Below are positions 11,884-23,800 of a stretch of 47,014 bases of DNA, in pieces. Made by a program: the position numbers and the translations under genes. Source of the DNA: Spirogloea muscicola (Eukaryota); the NCBI GenBank assembly GCA_009602725.1, contig WELB01000009.1, positions 875,101-922,114 of the forward strand, in the 5' to 3' direction. Numbering within the stretch: position 1 is the stretch's first letter; each line of letters starts with the position of its first letter. The notes under the pieces are model-generated. The model was not told the origin of the DNA, searched no databases, and saw only the letters and a list, made by a program, of their open reading frames with translations.

Positions 11884-14469
11884 TCAGAGGTTGTTAAGGA
11901 AGTCCGAAAGCCGGACTTCTTTAGCTATCACTGTATCCCCGTCCGAATTGCCCAGGTGCCTGAGCTTCACGCTTTCTAGCTTACCATCCCTGTACGCATG
12001 CTGCAGGCACAGTGACATAATTGTGTAAGTGGGCAGCCTGACCCAGACATCTGTGTCTGCTGCTACAGCATGACAGGCAATTGCATGTTTTTGCTTGCCT
12101 TCACCAGCAAAGACGTTCCTCCAGATTGTAGCTTGAACCCCGTTGCCAGAAAGTCCGATGCCGTGTTGGGAAGTCACAGCTTTAGGAGGGACCAAGCAAC
12201 AATCAGTGCTTCTAAGGAGGGGCTCACTGTAGTAGCTGCTTACCCTGTAGAAGCAGCTCGTGCTGAAGGGGCAGTTGCCATTGCCAAAGTCGAAGTAGCG
12301 GCAGTCAATCCCACTGCGCAAGGAGTCAAGCAAGCAGGTGACGTGCATGTATTAGCACGAGGCTGCCTGCTGCATCCACGGCTGCATTTACGAGTGTAAT
12401 GACGAGAACAGGTACAGCAAACAATGATGTAGCCTAAGATGAAGCTATCTTACTTTTCCGCTGCTTAGCTAGCACCGCTGCTTAGCTAGCACGTGGAGAA
12501 TAAGCTAGCAGAAAAAGCATCGAATATAAATTTGACTTTGTTGACTTATATGCTGCTTACACTACACTAGCAGAAGGACAAAATAGCACGAACCTTGGGC
12601 ACCAACAATGTATGCATGTTTCTTATTAGAGCATAATCGCTTCTATAAGCTCACACGGTTCCTAGTAACGGGGCAATGTGGGGCTTGCATGAAGTTGGTG
12701 CTCACCCAAGCTTAGCCTTGTAACCGGTAATGATTGCTTCTTTCTCCTCAGCATTGGAGTACCAGACAACGGAGGGCGTCACAAAGTGCGACTGGACGCG
12801 GCACACAGGGCAGGCGCGCACGACGCGGTCGACGTCCATGCCGGGCGTGGCATGTGTGGCGCCACGCCAGCCGCGGATGCACGCGACGCAGAAGGCGTGA
12901 TCGCAGCCCGACAGGATGCCAAACTTGCGCTCCGCCACGCGTGGCTTGCTCAACACGCGCTCAAGGCACACGCCGCATTCCACCTCCTGGCTCCGCCGCA
13001 GCTGCTCCAGCTTCCGCTGGTTTGCCTGGCACGCCTCCTTGTGCACCTCCTGCTCCTGCACCACCAACCAACGCCGCACCATTTGTCACCAAAAGGGCAC
13101 TCCAAAGGGCACTTCAAAAGGCCGCCTGGCGCGACTGCTATTTGTTGGTAAGGTAAGGGCGCTAATGCTTGAGAGCAGCCTGAGCAAACTTACTGACAGT
13201 ATGTCACATGTGCTGCAGGCAAGGGAAAGCAATGGGGGACTAGTCAGGTGTGCCTGTACTTATGTAGGGAAAGTGGCGATGAGATACACTTAGTGAAGGC
13301 TAAAAGCGGGGCTAACCTGGGGTCGGAAGGGGTGCAGACACTGCTTGCCACAGTGCGGGCAGACATCGCCGTGGAGCTGCTGGCAGTCCTCGCCACGCGG
13401 GCAGCTCCCAGCAGCAGCAAAGGAGCAGATGGGGCGCTCCTCAGGGGGAATGGCGGAGGATGATGCCGACAATGGCGGCGACGATGACTGCGGCGCATCT
13501 GCACCGACGTTGCAGGCTGCTGGGTCCTCAACAACTTTCCTGACGCACGAGGGACCGGCCTCCGCTACTCCGGCAGCGGGGTCTGCCGCGCCCGTCCTCT
13601 GCTGGGCAAGGTGCGCCGGCACGAATGCCGGCGCCAGGACCAGGGCCGCTGGCAGTGCCTGGACGAGCGCCGCAACGGGCAACACTGGTGGGAGCTCCTC
13701 GTAAGCAGCGGCGGTGTTAGCTGGCGTGGTGGCGCGCCGTAGGACGGCAGCCTCCTCGGCAAATCTGCTGGCCTCAGCAGCAAAGTCGTCGAGGTCCAGA
13801 TCGTCGCCATCGTTGAGGCCGTCATCAAAAGCAAAGCCCTCGGGGAAGCCCTCGTCCTCGTCGTCGCCTGCCAAGACGTCCTCAGCTATAAATCTCGGAG
13901 AATGTCCAGTGCCGTATGCCTCGTAGAACGGCGGCAGCGTACCACCGAAGCCCGGCCCGACGGCGACGTGGCCGGCAGGGTCCATGGCATACGAGCCGAC
14001 GGCGTGCGGGCTGCCCAGCGGGTGGCCCCACACCGAAGGAGCGGGCCCAAAGGGGCTGTCCAGCGACTGCGGCAGCCGCAGCGCGCGGCCGTACGGGCTC
14101 TCCAGCGGCGCCAGGAACGGCATGTCCGCCACGCGCGTCAGCTGCAGGTGCATGGGGGGCCGCAGCGGCACGTGGGCACTACCGCCCTCGCCCGTGGGCG
14201 GGGGTGGCAGCGGAGGGCCGGGCTTGGCAGCTCTAGCGCCGGCGGCGGACCTCCAATCCTCCCCACCGTTGGCGACCGCCGCCACCGCCATGGATGGCGG
14301 CAGCCCAACACCAGCCTCGCCATACGGCGGCTCTTGCGGCGGTTGTGGGCCAACAGCGTGGCCAGAAGAGGAGGAGGGCCCGGCTGCCGTCGTGGGCCCC
14401 AGCTGCCGCGGTGGCGGCCCCTGGCGGCGGTAGTCGCCACCCATGGCACCGCCGCCGCCGCCGCCGCCG
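11884..14469 (-). CDS. MKRN: Makorin (C3H zinc finger, Cys-His motif, C3HC4 RING, C-terminal C3H) E3 ubiquitin ligase; 5' end unresolved at the N at 14470
   Basis: [19 protein letters not shown] (C3H), [11 protein letters not shown]...H...C (makorin Cys-His), CGVCLERV...[20 protein letters not shown]...CPVCR (RING), [21 protein letters not shown] (C3H). Stop codon at 11884-11886. Confidence 0.92.
12458..12491. repeat. 17-bp tandem duplication CCGCTGCTTAGCTAGCA in a makorin intron
   Basis: Two adjacent exact copies. Confidence 0.85.
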
Positions 14470-15074
14470 NGGCTGGTTTTATGTATCCAAGGCAAGTAGA
14501 GTCCTACACGTGTACCTGTGCAAGTGGAGAGATGAAGAATGAGGCAACATTTCCTGAAAGATCTATACTTGTCAGATCTCTTGTGAGTTTTAACCAGGAG
14601 AAGTCCTGAAGTTGACAATCCCCAAGGCCAAGAACCTGTAAGCTGGAATGTTCTCGAGATTCCACACTAGGGCACTGTTCAACTCGTTCTGCACTGGATC
14701 CTGCAGTAATGTCAAACCAGATGCATGTTTAATTGTCGCAGCCTGCACAAAACTGGCAAGTCCAGTTTGCTGCACTACAGGATCAGCAGACTAGTTTGAG
14801 GAGTCACTCAGAAACAAGACTGAGGCTGGACATGACTTCATCATGAACAATATATCAAAGAGACCATTGCCTAGCAAAAGTACAGTAAGAGCTGTGCAAG
14901 TCTAACTATCGCCGACGCCGGCGCGCCGCCATGCCCGCGAGCCGCGCAGCCCGCCGCCGCCGCCGCCGCGGCGACGAGAGCAGACGAGAGCGGAGAGACG
15001 GCCGAGGAAGAACGAGAGCAACGAGAGGGTGGCCAACTCAAGCTAGCACACTGTTCAGGCAGCTAGCGCAAGAA

Positions 15075-15920
15075 AGAAAGTGCTCGCCCATTGAGAATAG
15101 GGGCTGGAACAACCAGCCCGAAAAAGAATGAACAGAGTACGAGAAGGGGGCCAGGGGAAGCGCTAAGTAACAGAAACAAAGCTGCTACGAGACACTCAGT
15201 AACCCCTGCTAAGCAGCCGCAGATCAGAGATGCTGGGCTCCTGGAAGTGGGTCCCCTGGCCAAGAAAACCCCATGCCCGTTTGGCCTTCCCCCCATCGAG
15301 AAAGTGCTCGCCCATTGAGAATAGGGGCCAGCCCAGAAAGAATCAACAGAGGACGAGAAGGGGGGCCAGGCCCCACCTGGTCGACGCGCGCCGTCGGGGT
15401 CGGGCCGTCAGCTTAATACGGCCGGTTGCACCGGGTCGGTCGGTCAGAGCATTGTGACCGCCGGGTCAAGGGGGTGTCGCTGCCACGGAGGCCGAGGCCG
15501 CCTGCACGTGCGGGGTTGCGTATTTGAGTTTCGTGTATCAGAATGGGTTGGTGCCAGCTGTCTCTTTCGGGCCGGAGGGGGGTGGTCCGAATCCAGACCA
15601 CACCTCGGGAGGTGGTCTGGATTCCGGCCGCCAGCGTGGCAAACGCGCGCGTTTTCCCCTTCGACGCGCCCAATTGGAGTCTTGGTCAGCGTCCGATGTG
15701 GCGCCTCCGTGGCGTACGACCGCGACCGGGCCCCGCGTCAGTGTAACGCGGTCGTTCCATACAACGCGCGACACGTCGGCGCGGCCGACCGACCCGGTGT
15801 AACCCGGCCTTTAGGCCATACTAACGAGAGTGCTCGCCCCCAGGGAAGATGGGCTGGCAAAGAAAGTGCTCGCCCATTGAGAATAGGGGTTGGTAAAGCC
15901 AGCCCATAAAGAATGGACAA
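15075..15920 (+). repeat. Three direct copies of a ~60-80 bp repeat with an exact 29-nt core AGAAAGTGCTCGCCCATTGAGAATAGGGG
   Basis: Core at 15075-15103, 15299-15327 and 15861-15889, each followed by a CCAGCCC.aaagaat..aca-like tail. There is a diverged inverted copy at ~16051-16130 and a partial copy at ~26141-26233. Confidence 0.9.
15420..15809. mobile_element. Putative non-autonomous foldback/MITE-like element with ~26 bp TIRs and a central hairpin
   Basis: Left GGCCGGTTGCACCGGGTCGGTCGGTC (15420-15445) matches the reverse complement of the right arm, GGCCGGGTTACACCGGGTCGGTCGGCC (15783-15809). A perfect 13-bp internal stem lies at 15589-15601/15612-15624. TTA/TAA lies near both ends. Confidence 0.6.
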
Positions 15921-16445
15921 CTAGGCCTCAAGCGTTGGAGGAGCTAGCTTACTTTCACAGCTATCGCCCCGCCTCTCGCTTTGGCCTCCTTTTCATTTCA
16001 TGCGCTCCGCGCGCCTTCCCTTTTCTGTAGCTGCTTAGGCCCCTCCGTCATTTGGCCCCTTCGAACCTTCGTCAATTCTTTTCGGGCTGGCTTTTCACAG
16101 CCCTTGCCCCCGATTGGGAGAGCCACTTCCTCCGTTTGGGGGTAGCTCACGCTCGCAGCGGCCTGGCAGTGTCCCGCGCCTAAGTGGTGCCAAGGTGTTT
16201 CTGTTCACCAAGTGATTTGCACTTTGATGTCGGGGCTTCCCTCTTGGCTTCGTATCTGCCATCTAGTATTCAGGCATCGATTAGTGACCTTAATCTATTG
16301 ACCCGTGCTTAGTGAGTGGGTCAACCTGCTGTAGGTGATGTACGTCTCTAGATTTGCTTGCATTTGAACTTGGCCATTGGCCTTTACTATTTTTAAACAG
16401 ACGAAAGTCTTCCTCGTGACTTGTCCGCTTCCTCCATGTACACCA

Positions 16446-19400
16446 GACGCCTTCTCTTCAGAAAGCGGCGATGCCTGTGGAGGTCAGCCAAGAAGTCAAA
16501 AGGAGGCCAGATTGACCAGTACACGGCTTGTCAGAGAACCAGAGAAGAATCTAAGAGGGGCTAAGGTGATGGAAGTTATGTCACAATTAAAGGGGGACTC
16601 TGATATGCACGAGCGAGCACATAACACATCTGACAGGCTTATCAAGCGGCTGAGAAGAAGAGGTTGCTCTTCTAAAGAAGTGCGTGTGTAGAAGAGATGG
16701 GGAAGCCATGTGTGGCCAAGTACAAAGGCAAGCACATTGACCAATGTACGTCACCTGCTTTTAAGCTGACCCGCTCAGTAACCACGAGTCGGCCCACAGA
16801 GGTCGTTAACTGATGCTCGAATACCGGACGGCAATCGACAAGCTCTCGAACTACCAGCTAAAGCTCGACCAGCTTTCTGATGCAACGCATGAGCCTGAGC
16901 TCGCTGCAGACAAGCTGACACTCTACGTCCAAAAAATGATGACAGATAGGCTGCCGGCATACCCATCTGGGCTGGAAGCATATCCTCGCGTCATGCATAT
17001 CCCAGACACGCTATGTTCTCAAGTAGGGTACGGAAGCCAAGGACCCAAGCAGCCAAAAGTGTCGATTGCGGCCGGGAGGAGGTGGTTGCTGCCGGTGTAG
17101 TCAGAGTAGTGTCAAAGCTTTCTATGCTCAGCACCTCCCACTGTGTGGCCAGCAATGTGTGTGGAAGCGGAACTCTTGTATGCCTCAGTCACCACCACAT
17201 CAACCAAGGCTCGTGGGCCTCTGCCAGGTTGTACACCCACAATGTTCAGGGTGCAACGATGATGGCGTCCCTGAAAATTCGTGGTGATGGGCATTACATT
17301 GCTTACTTCCACGATGGCGCGGTAGCCGGCGTCGCGCATCAAGCCCGCCAGGGCGTCCCGTAGGAGATTGTGGACGCCCACCACCTCAGGGCCTGTAGGA
17401 CACCGCAGCACGTGGGTGGCTAGGTCTCCGCCCTCCGCACGGAAGCCACACTCACACTGAGTTACTCCAATCAGGCAGGTCGGGGGCAGGCCCAGGAACA
17501 GCTGGAGAAGCGTCCGGAATGCTTCAGGGCTGATTTTGAATGCGTTGGGATTGCGTGTGTGGTGAGCCATTCCGTTGCTCCAGGCGTTGCGAGCGAGGTG
17601 AGACGTGCCAGACTCCTTGGATTGGTCTTGATATCCGGCATCGTCCTCAACGCCTTGCGACGCTCCTCCTCAACTGCAGCAACGAGTCTGGCCTGTGCCG
17701 CTTTGTCTGGTGCTTGAGCAAGCGCTGAGAAGGGAGTGAGGAGGGCTTGTAGGGAGGGGAAGGAGCAGAGTCCTGACTCCCGGATGCTCCTCAACTGCAC
17801 TTGGAATGCCAAGGAGCCTTCCTCCACCTCGGCTGCAGGGTTGGCCAGGCAAGGGAAGCGCAAGGGAAGAAAGGAGGCAACGTGGTGCCAGCAACCGAGA
17901 AAGGCTGCCTGCGCCGTCTGTTCACGTGACCGGCAGCCCGGGCCGCCCATTCGTGTGGGAAGGGATGCCTGCAGGGAAGATGAAGGTGAGGGGAAGGATG
18001 GGTGTTGAATCAGGGAAGCCAGGGTTTGCAGGAGCGAGGTGTCGACCTCCTTGTACAGCTCGCCCACCATGTCCGTTGGGGCGACTGTTCGCTGCAGGTA
18101 GCCAGCTCGTTGACCAAAGCAGCGAGTAAGGATGGCCAGCGCCAGCTGCGGATCTCCGAGGAGAGGAGGGGAGGGAAGTGAGGCAAGGTGTTGCTGCAGA
18201 CGTTCACGTAAGTCCTCCGCAACGCGGGATGGAGTGCCAAGGGGAACTTTGAGAACAGCCAGCCCATTGGCAGGGGTCTGGCAGCCTGGTGGGAGCTGGA
18301 GGTTGGTGGGGAGGCCGTGTGGTGACCATGCCACGCTCTTGGTGGGGCAAACCCGCAGGCCTATTGTGCTCAGTTCGTGTACAAGCAAGTGATAAGCCGC
18401 CATGACTTCTGACGGTGGGCCAACGATGTGTGAGACGTCGGCGTAGGAGGGGAAGAGGAGGTTGGGGTGCAGGCTCTGGGTGCGCCGTAGTGCCCGGGAA
18501 TGAGCCAAGGCGAAAAGTATGGGGCTGAGGGGATCTCCCTGGTGTGTGCCAGTTGTGGACCATAAGGTCGTCCAAGACTCCTCCGAATGCCACAGCAGCC
18601 GCCCTGGCCGGCCATAGGCCATGATGAAATATGGCATCTAAGGAGGGGAAGTGATCACGCAGCTCCTCCATGATGGCGCTGCGCTCCACAGTGTTGAATG
18701 CGTTGGCTATGTCCAGTCCAAGGACCATGTGTGATGGGTTGACATCCACTGCTGCACGGATCCCGTGGACGAGGGCCTCTGCCCCGCAGGACATGCCAGC
18801 ACCTAACTGGTGGGGTGAAAAATGGGTGGACAGCTAGGAACTTTAGCTCGCCGCACAAAGCCTTGGTCACCAGCCGCATGATGACTTCAGTCATGGACAT
18901 GGGCCTCACACCACCTGACGGCTTGGCCAGAGCCAGCAGGTGGCTGGAGTTGAGAGCGTCGGCGATGCGCGGGGGAATGGTGGCTCTGGTGATGTGCCGG
19001 CAGGTGGAGAGGAGCAGGGAGAAGCTTCTTTCATCTCCATTTGGGATGTCCCGTAGGTGCTCGAAGAGCCATACAGAAGGGCCTCCAGACACCACTCGGG
19101 GGCCTTTGGTGAGGGCTGTGCGGAGCGCCTCTGCTGAGAGTTAAAGAGGAGTGGGGAGCTCGCCAACCCAGGGCTCAAGAGGGTGCTGAGGAGGAGGATG
19201 CAGCTGGCGCAGGGTGGCCTCAATGGCATCATTGTTTGCTGCCAAGGGGTTGGGGCAGAGGGCCTGAGCGGCTCAAGAGAGCTCTCCTGCTCTGCCAAAG
19301 CGCCTTGCACGCGCTAGGTTGCCAATCATGGACTGTGGAGAGGGCTGGTTGCGGGTGCCTCCACGTGCACGTCGTTCTGAGAGCGTGACTCTAGCGGCTG

Positions 19401-20771
19401 CTGCACGCTGCTGGGCCAGCTCCTCCCACTTGCCGCTGGCGAAGCGAGCCAATCTGTCCTGAAGGCATTTGCGGCCACCAATGCCAAAGGAAGGGAAGAG
19501 GGCCAAGCACGAGCTTGGGAAAGAGCAGGTACAACGCCCAGGCCGCCTCGTCCAGAGGGTCAGCTTCCACTCGTGAGAGGATGGGCGTCAGCACCTTGCA
19601 GCACCCACGTCGTGACCATTTTGGAATGTGGCGTAAGTTGTGGAGGCCGTCGGGGATGAGGGGGGGAAGGAGGTCCACTGTGGCTGCCCAGTGCCAGCTC
19701 TCGGGAGAGGGAGATGGTGGAGGACGGGCTGTGCCCGGCAGGTGCGATGCTGCTGCCTGTTCTTCTCGATTCTGTTGGTTCTGGCAGTGTCGAGCATGGA
19801 CTGGCGACCCTCTTGGGCGGAGACGGCGCTGGCAGCCCTGACAGGGGACCCGCGTGGCTGGGGCCTCTCCGAGGCCAGTGTGGCCTGGGCACTGTTGAGA
19901 AGAGCGGCCCTGCCGACGGCGACGGCGTCCAGGGCGTTTTCCAGCTTGATGACAGCTTTCCACAACCCGCTCAGGCAGCGGCGGAGGTAGAGGTAACAGA
20001 GGAGGTAGAGGGAGCAACGGTGGCGGCTCCGGAGCGGGCACTGGGGGATGTAGTGGAGAGTGCAAGAGTGGAGCTGGGGGGGGAGAGGGACGGAGCAGAG
20101 CCAACAAGCTTCAACGGCCGCCAGGTAGGGGTGTCACTAGATCGTGGTGGGCTGACGACTATGCCAAGCCATGTTCGGGGTCTCGGACCCGAAGGACATG
20201 CTCGTTCACATGCTCCGTCAGAAAGCAGCGTGCAGCCAAGACATTCAGAAATTATGTCTCGGCTGAACGCTGTAAGAAATGTTCCAAGAAGGTGCTTGCA
20301 TGACTATCAGCACACTGAAGCCTCAGCTTCTTGACTTGGTAGATATGAGCAGAAAATAGAAGTCACGTATTTCCAGACAGCCACAAGAACATCATTTCCT
20401 AACATCGGCGTGTGCACTTTGCTGTCAGCTCTATGGAGCTGTAGGCTGGCTAAGGTGGAGGTCAGGACATCCTTGGTGTCAGCCACGTGCCTACATGTAC
20501 AGAGCTGCGACAGGCATGCTTTTCTAGTTGTGCAACAGGCTCGATAGGGCGCAACAGTCATGCAGCCACGAAGTTGCTTGCGGCAGCCGAAGGTCCGGAG
20601 TTGCTCTTGGAATCGTACTCTGTCCCTCTCCTTAGGCCTCAGACTTGCCTTGCTTTTAAGAGTGGCTGCCCCCGATGTCAACTGCACTCCTTTAGGATCG
20701 CTTGCGAGAGATATACCTCAGACCTGATTGGTGATGCAGTTGCTCGGGAAGCTGAGTTGGCCAAGTCATGA
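16446..20771 (+). CDS. Possible unknown plus-strand gene whose intron hosts the retrotransposon (candidate exons ~16446-16679, ~20229-20291, ~20502-20771)
   Basis: ORF 16377-16691 ends at a good donor (GAA|GTGCGT, 16680). Right of the element, an acceptor gives in-phase RAAKTFRNYVSAERCKKCSKK|GT. No homology recognised, and the downstream joins are not resolved. Confidence 0.25.
16775..20165 (-). mobile_element. Decayed non-LTR retrotransposon with RT and C-terminal restriction-like endonuclease (CRE-clade-like), broken by frameshifts and stops
   Basis: Overlapping minus-strand ORF fragments carry a C2HC finger (CQGC-x11-H-x3-C), LLALAKPSGGVRP, LGLDIANAFNTVER, GTHQGDPLSPILF, YADV (for YADD), GLRVCPTKS, LPTRMGGPG, CECG..HVLRC, HNLLRD, VDVVV..AEHRK, PAAIDTFGCLG and RVSACLQRAQA. 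No introns and no APE domain. Confidence 0.9.
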
Positions 20772-20809
20772 CCGCAGTCTAGATGACTTGTTGCCGCTTG
20801 TTGCCACCT

Positions 20810-23800
20810 TCAGATGTACCTCCCCTTGCTGAGGAGAATGTCCCCATAAGGCTCCACTTGTTTGACCATGATGTATTGATTGGACGCAAGTACTGCACAC
20901 ATTGGATATTAAGCAACCCATCCTCAAAACACTTCAAAAGCTTCTGATATTATAGTGAGAAATACATCCGAGTGCGTAACATCTTGACTGCTAAGGCCCC
21001 ATCTTTATGATGCTGAGGTAGCAGCACACGATCATACCGCAAACTTGGTAGAACAGCCTGGCTGCTTGGGGCCGTCTCAAGCCATCCATAATATCAAGCA
21101 ACGACTGATGCTCCTTCTCTTGATGATGGTCGTCGCGAAACTCCTCACGGAGGAACCTAGACAAACCAAAGTCAGACCGAGAAAGGGATCAACACCAATC
21201 TGCAACCACAAGATTCTCTGATGCTTTCATCCTTGGGCCTAAAATCAGTCTCATTGGAGAAAGCTGTAGCCCTGGCGCGGAGGACTAATTGGGCCAGACT
21301 CATTATGAAGTAGAGCTGGAGCAGTTGAGAGTACTCACTGCAGTAGCATTGCAGTAGTCCTGTCAATTGACTCGTGCGGATTGGCAGCTTGAGTGGGGCC
21401 GGTTTCAGTTTGCTCTGAGCACAATGGACAACGAGGGAAGGAACACATAAAAAGGAGGAGAGGGCCAACATTGACATTGATAGTGGCCCATGCAAAGGTG
21501 CACTTGTCCTCAAGCAGTCGTCGTGTCAACCTACCAAACATCGTTTGAGTGCCAAGGCCCTGCGGAGTGACGCCAGCATATGGAGCCTTTCCAACGTCAA
21601 CATCTGGTGAAGGGTCTAGAGGTGGCAACTCTATGGGGTCTGCGTATGGTGACGGAGCTCCAGATAAAAGCTTAGACAGCCGTGCCTTTTTGCCCCTGGA
21701 ACAATGAGGTTGACACGCTTGAGTTCTCCTCGCATCATCAGGTCTGTCAAGTTTCTGTGAGCATTGCAAGCATGCTTGCACATCCTCGTGTGTGCAGAAT
21801 ATTGGTTAAGTCAACAACTTACCGCTCTGATGTGGGCTGCTCGCCATCGGCTTCAAAGGCCATACTAGCTGATCGCGAAGCAGACACAGGCTTTCTGTGC
21901 GACTTCGACTTGCCACTTCCCTCAATGGAATCTGCGAAAGCATGCAGGTTGGTCAAATGTCCACTGCAGATACATTCGTTACATAATTAAATCAATTCAT
22001 AGTAATAGCTCTTATGAAATACTTCACATGACCAAGTACAGGTTGTTGACGTGCAAACGCACCCGACTGCACAGGTGTGACCAGCCCTCCGGACAACATC
22101 CCTGAACTTGCCGTCTGGGGAGTTCTTGGTGCTGCTCTCAGGCGCTCTACTGAGCCGAACTCTTGCTCTGGCTCAACCTGCAGTTGGACAAGCTCACAAT
22201 GTAGCAGCTGTATCAGTGACACCATGTGAAGACTAAATACGATTCTCAGTGCAATATTACAGGTTTGGAGGATCGCTGTGGAGCACATGAGGATGCGTCT
22301 TGCATGGACGACAGTAACGGTGACAATTTTGACAACACAACAGGTCTCTGCTCAGCTATCACCATTTCAAAGTCAGGAGCCTCAAAATTGGGAGAAGCTT
22401 GCACAGTCGTTTCGCCAACAGTTGCCTGTCTGGTGTTTTCATTCCTTGGCTGGCCCTCCTTCCATGTCGCCAAGAGCTCTGGGGCAAGACGAACTTCGGG
22501 CTGTCCAAGATGTCCGAGGTGCGAATATGTGCTAGGTGAGCTTATCAAGGTTCTCACCAGCGCATTGATGTTGGCATTACTGGGCGGCTGCATACAGAAG
22601 AAGGCATGCTCAGTTATGGGCATCACCTTAAGCAAGAAACATAAATAGCACTGACACTGCATGGAACAACTGCGAATCATTCTATGGTACGAGAAGGAGA
22701 TGTAAGCAGCAGCTCAGCACTGCCAGCAGACTCGTCATGTGTCATGGTTACACCTATTTTACCTTTGCTCTGCGTCCTACAATATCTGTAGTGTCTTGCA
22801 GCCACTCATTGAACTCCACAGCGGGCACTTCAGTCGTAAAGTCATCAATGACACTTCGCGGCTTCCGCTTCTTCCGCTGCCTCCTTCCTTGGGGCTCCTT
22901 TTGCTCCGGCTGCACATGTTGATCGCAGCTTTCCCTAAGGACAAAATGTTGCCAGTCGACTCACATACCAGAGCAAGGAATGTGCAATACATAAGCTCCC
23001 ATCTTTCCAGCTCACCGACTTCGGTGACTGTGTCTGCTTGGGCTCTTGATGATGGTTCTGCTCTCGGTCACCAGTCGGCAGGTCCTCAAGGATGGTTTGA
23101 AGGGCCCCAGAAGGAGCAGGAGCTAATTCATCTGTCACGAAAGTGCGTGGTCAGCTATTGAATGACCAAGTCGTGCCCAACCTGCTGACATGCTGGACGT
23201 CCCGTGTCACCACATGTAATGCAAAGAAGCTTATGTAATCTCCGGCATCTTGTATTGGTCACTGGAAGCTAACAGTGCAACTTCAAGTCCTTGTCTTGTG
23301 TGGCAGGAGAAGGAGCAACCGCCTGGACTTGGAGCATAGGAGTACAATGTCACGGCTACCTAGAAGGGGCATGCTCATGTCTGGGAGGTAGTCTGCATTG
23401 TCTGCAGTCGTCCCAAGTATATCATCGGACGAGTCCCTGGTCAAGGACATTGCGAGGAAGCAGGACTTGTGACCAAGATTAGTTGAGAGCATATCATGTG
23501 AAGAGCAGGGTAGCCAGTGCTACCACCACAAAGTGCATCGGAGGCGCTTCAACTCCAGCAAGTCCAATGCACAACCTCCCAATACTTGCTGGATCTTGTG
23601 GCTCGAACGCCAGGGTGATGTCCTCCACATTAATGGCTGAGAGATTGCAATATGACGTGGTTTGAGGAGTCCTGTCAGTAGAAGCTTGCTCTCAGAGCGA
23701 AGGCAGCAGTGAAGTAGACTCAGAAGGTCAGAAAATAAGCCTAAGTACCTTGATGTCTTTCCACTTCTGGCATGTTGTCAACTGGTGCTACATGCAGGTA

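Noticed and set aside
15075..15889. Three identical 29-nt repeats as a CRISPR array
   Set aside because: Spacing is 224 and 562 bp and irregular, homology extends beyond the core, there are no cas genes, and the context is eukaryotic.
17471..19095. RT as a group II intron, retron, DGR or telomerase
   Set aside because: The downstream CCHC and RLE motifs and the LPxxxGG motif indicate a non-LTR retrotransposon. No template repeat or intron RNA structure was seen.
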